A DNA stretch of 62,500 nt, filler included, from Sphacelaria rigidula (lineage: Eukaryota): the NCBI GenBank assembly GCA_964200075.2. It is 9 parts of 9 records of this genome, joined end to end, with 100 filler letters (N's around TTAATTAATTAA, not from the genome) between each part and the next. Parts side by side here need not be neighbours in the genome. Positions count along the whole stretch, not along the records: positions 55,646 to 62,500 come from CAXNAA020017750.1; 8 more parts are not named here. One strand, written 5' to 3'. Numbering within the stretch: position 1 is the stretch's first letter; each line of letters begins with the position of its first letter. Of the stretch, positions 61,577 through 62,500 are shown one piece after another. Below the pieces are notes generated by a model that ran no database searches, was not told where the DNA came from, and saw nothing but the letters and a program-made list of their open reading frames with translations. A program made the position numbers and the translations under genes.

Positions 61577-61619
61577 GGAGGCTCGAAACCTTCACCCACC
61601 TTAAGGAATTTTGGAGGTA

Positions 61620-61775
61620 GCCAAATGGCCAAGTATGCAACGGGCAGCTGGGAATTCACACGCTTGGGTTCGTCTTCGCCAATGTTGCCCATACGAGGCG
61701 CTTCATGCAGCCTGAAACCAAACATCAGGCGCTGCATGACCCTTTTTTTCATGACAGTTTTACGCCTGTTTCGAG
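61620..61775 (+). repeat. Dispersed repeat, also at ~40300-40450
   Basis: caacg.gcagct.gg.att...gcgcttc.tgcagcctgaaacc.aacatca.gcgctg..tgacc shared. Confidence 0.75.
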
Positions 61776-62500
61776 GGGGGCGCTATGGCAGAAAGTGCCG
61801 ATATACAAAAAAAGGGTTCACCCTGGTACTTCCGGAACAAAAAATGGTAAGGCATTTTCCGGTTTAGAGCGCAGCGCTGCACGCGGGCTGAGCACCTCGA
61901 AAGTACTTTCCAGCGCCTCAGCCCCACGCCCAAGTGTCTGGGCAGCATGCCCGGCCATTTTTTTTCATTTTCTCACGTGGCACTAGGCTTAACTACGGCG
62001 CGGAAAATGAGAGCCTGTGATCGTACCCTTTTTTGTTAACAAACCAGGAAGGAACACCCTGCGCCCTGCTATAAACATTTTTCTTGTTACCCTTTTTTGT
62101 TCACGTGTTGGCCCGCTGATGATCAAACGCACACCCTATTTTTACTCTTTTTCGTGAAGTGGCGACCGTGCCGCCGGCCCCGCAGACGATACGCCGAATA
62201 GTCACAACACCATGCGCCCATTTCTCGGTGAAGTTACACACGTAAGCTGCAGGCCAAGATACACGACAGCATCTGGGACCGACAGTACCAACACCAACTC
62301 AACATAGTCTACGCCAGATACGTGAAGCATTATGTTCGATTTCTATCTCTGATTTGTTTTTCTCTCGTTCCTGGTGGTTTCTTGTCTGTTTTTTGTTTTG
62401 TCTGTGCCCCTCCCCCCCCTCCCCAGATAATAAAGCAACTCATTGTATGCTATCATCCAAATGCAAGATAATCAGTAGGCATCGGGCCGGACAATCTTTG

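Overview
Eukaryotic, intron-rich and repeat-rich DNA, most likely a brown alga (Phaeophyceae, Ectocarpus-like; inferred from short exons in kb-sized introns and the repeat and LINE types). It is not one locus. The window is exactly nine contigs of 6856 or 6855 bp, sorted by length and joined by eight identical 100-bp linkers (44N-TTAATTAATTAA-44N), so adjacency across linkers means nothing. Host gene fragments: three NOL10/ENP2 exons (-), three exons of an APC-type amino-acid permease (+), two N-terminal MCM2 exons (+), an S1-like terminal exon and a possible WW-domain gene. Mobile DNA: a full-length but decayed chromodomain Ty3/Gypsy element with both LTRs, a spliced and still open PIF/Harbinger-type transposase 5' half, a DD39D mariner pseudogene, LINE relics, two tRNA-derived SINE families and several MITE, foldback and minisatellite families. 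I found no CRISPR, operon or convincingly new system. The best leads are the Harbinger gene, the tRNA-iMet SINE beside a hairpin array, and the Gypsy element with no canonical PBS or TSD.
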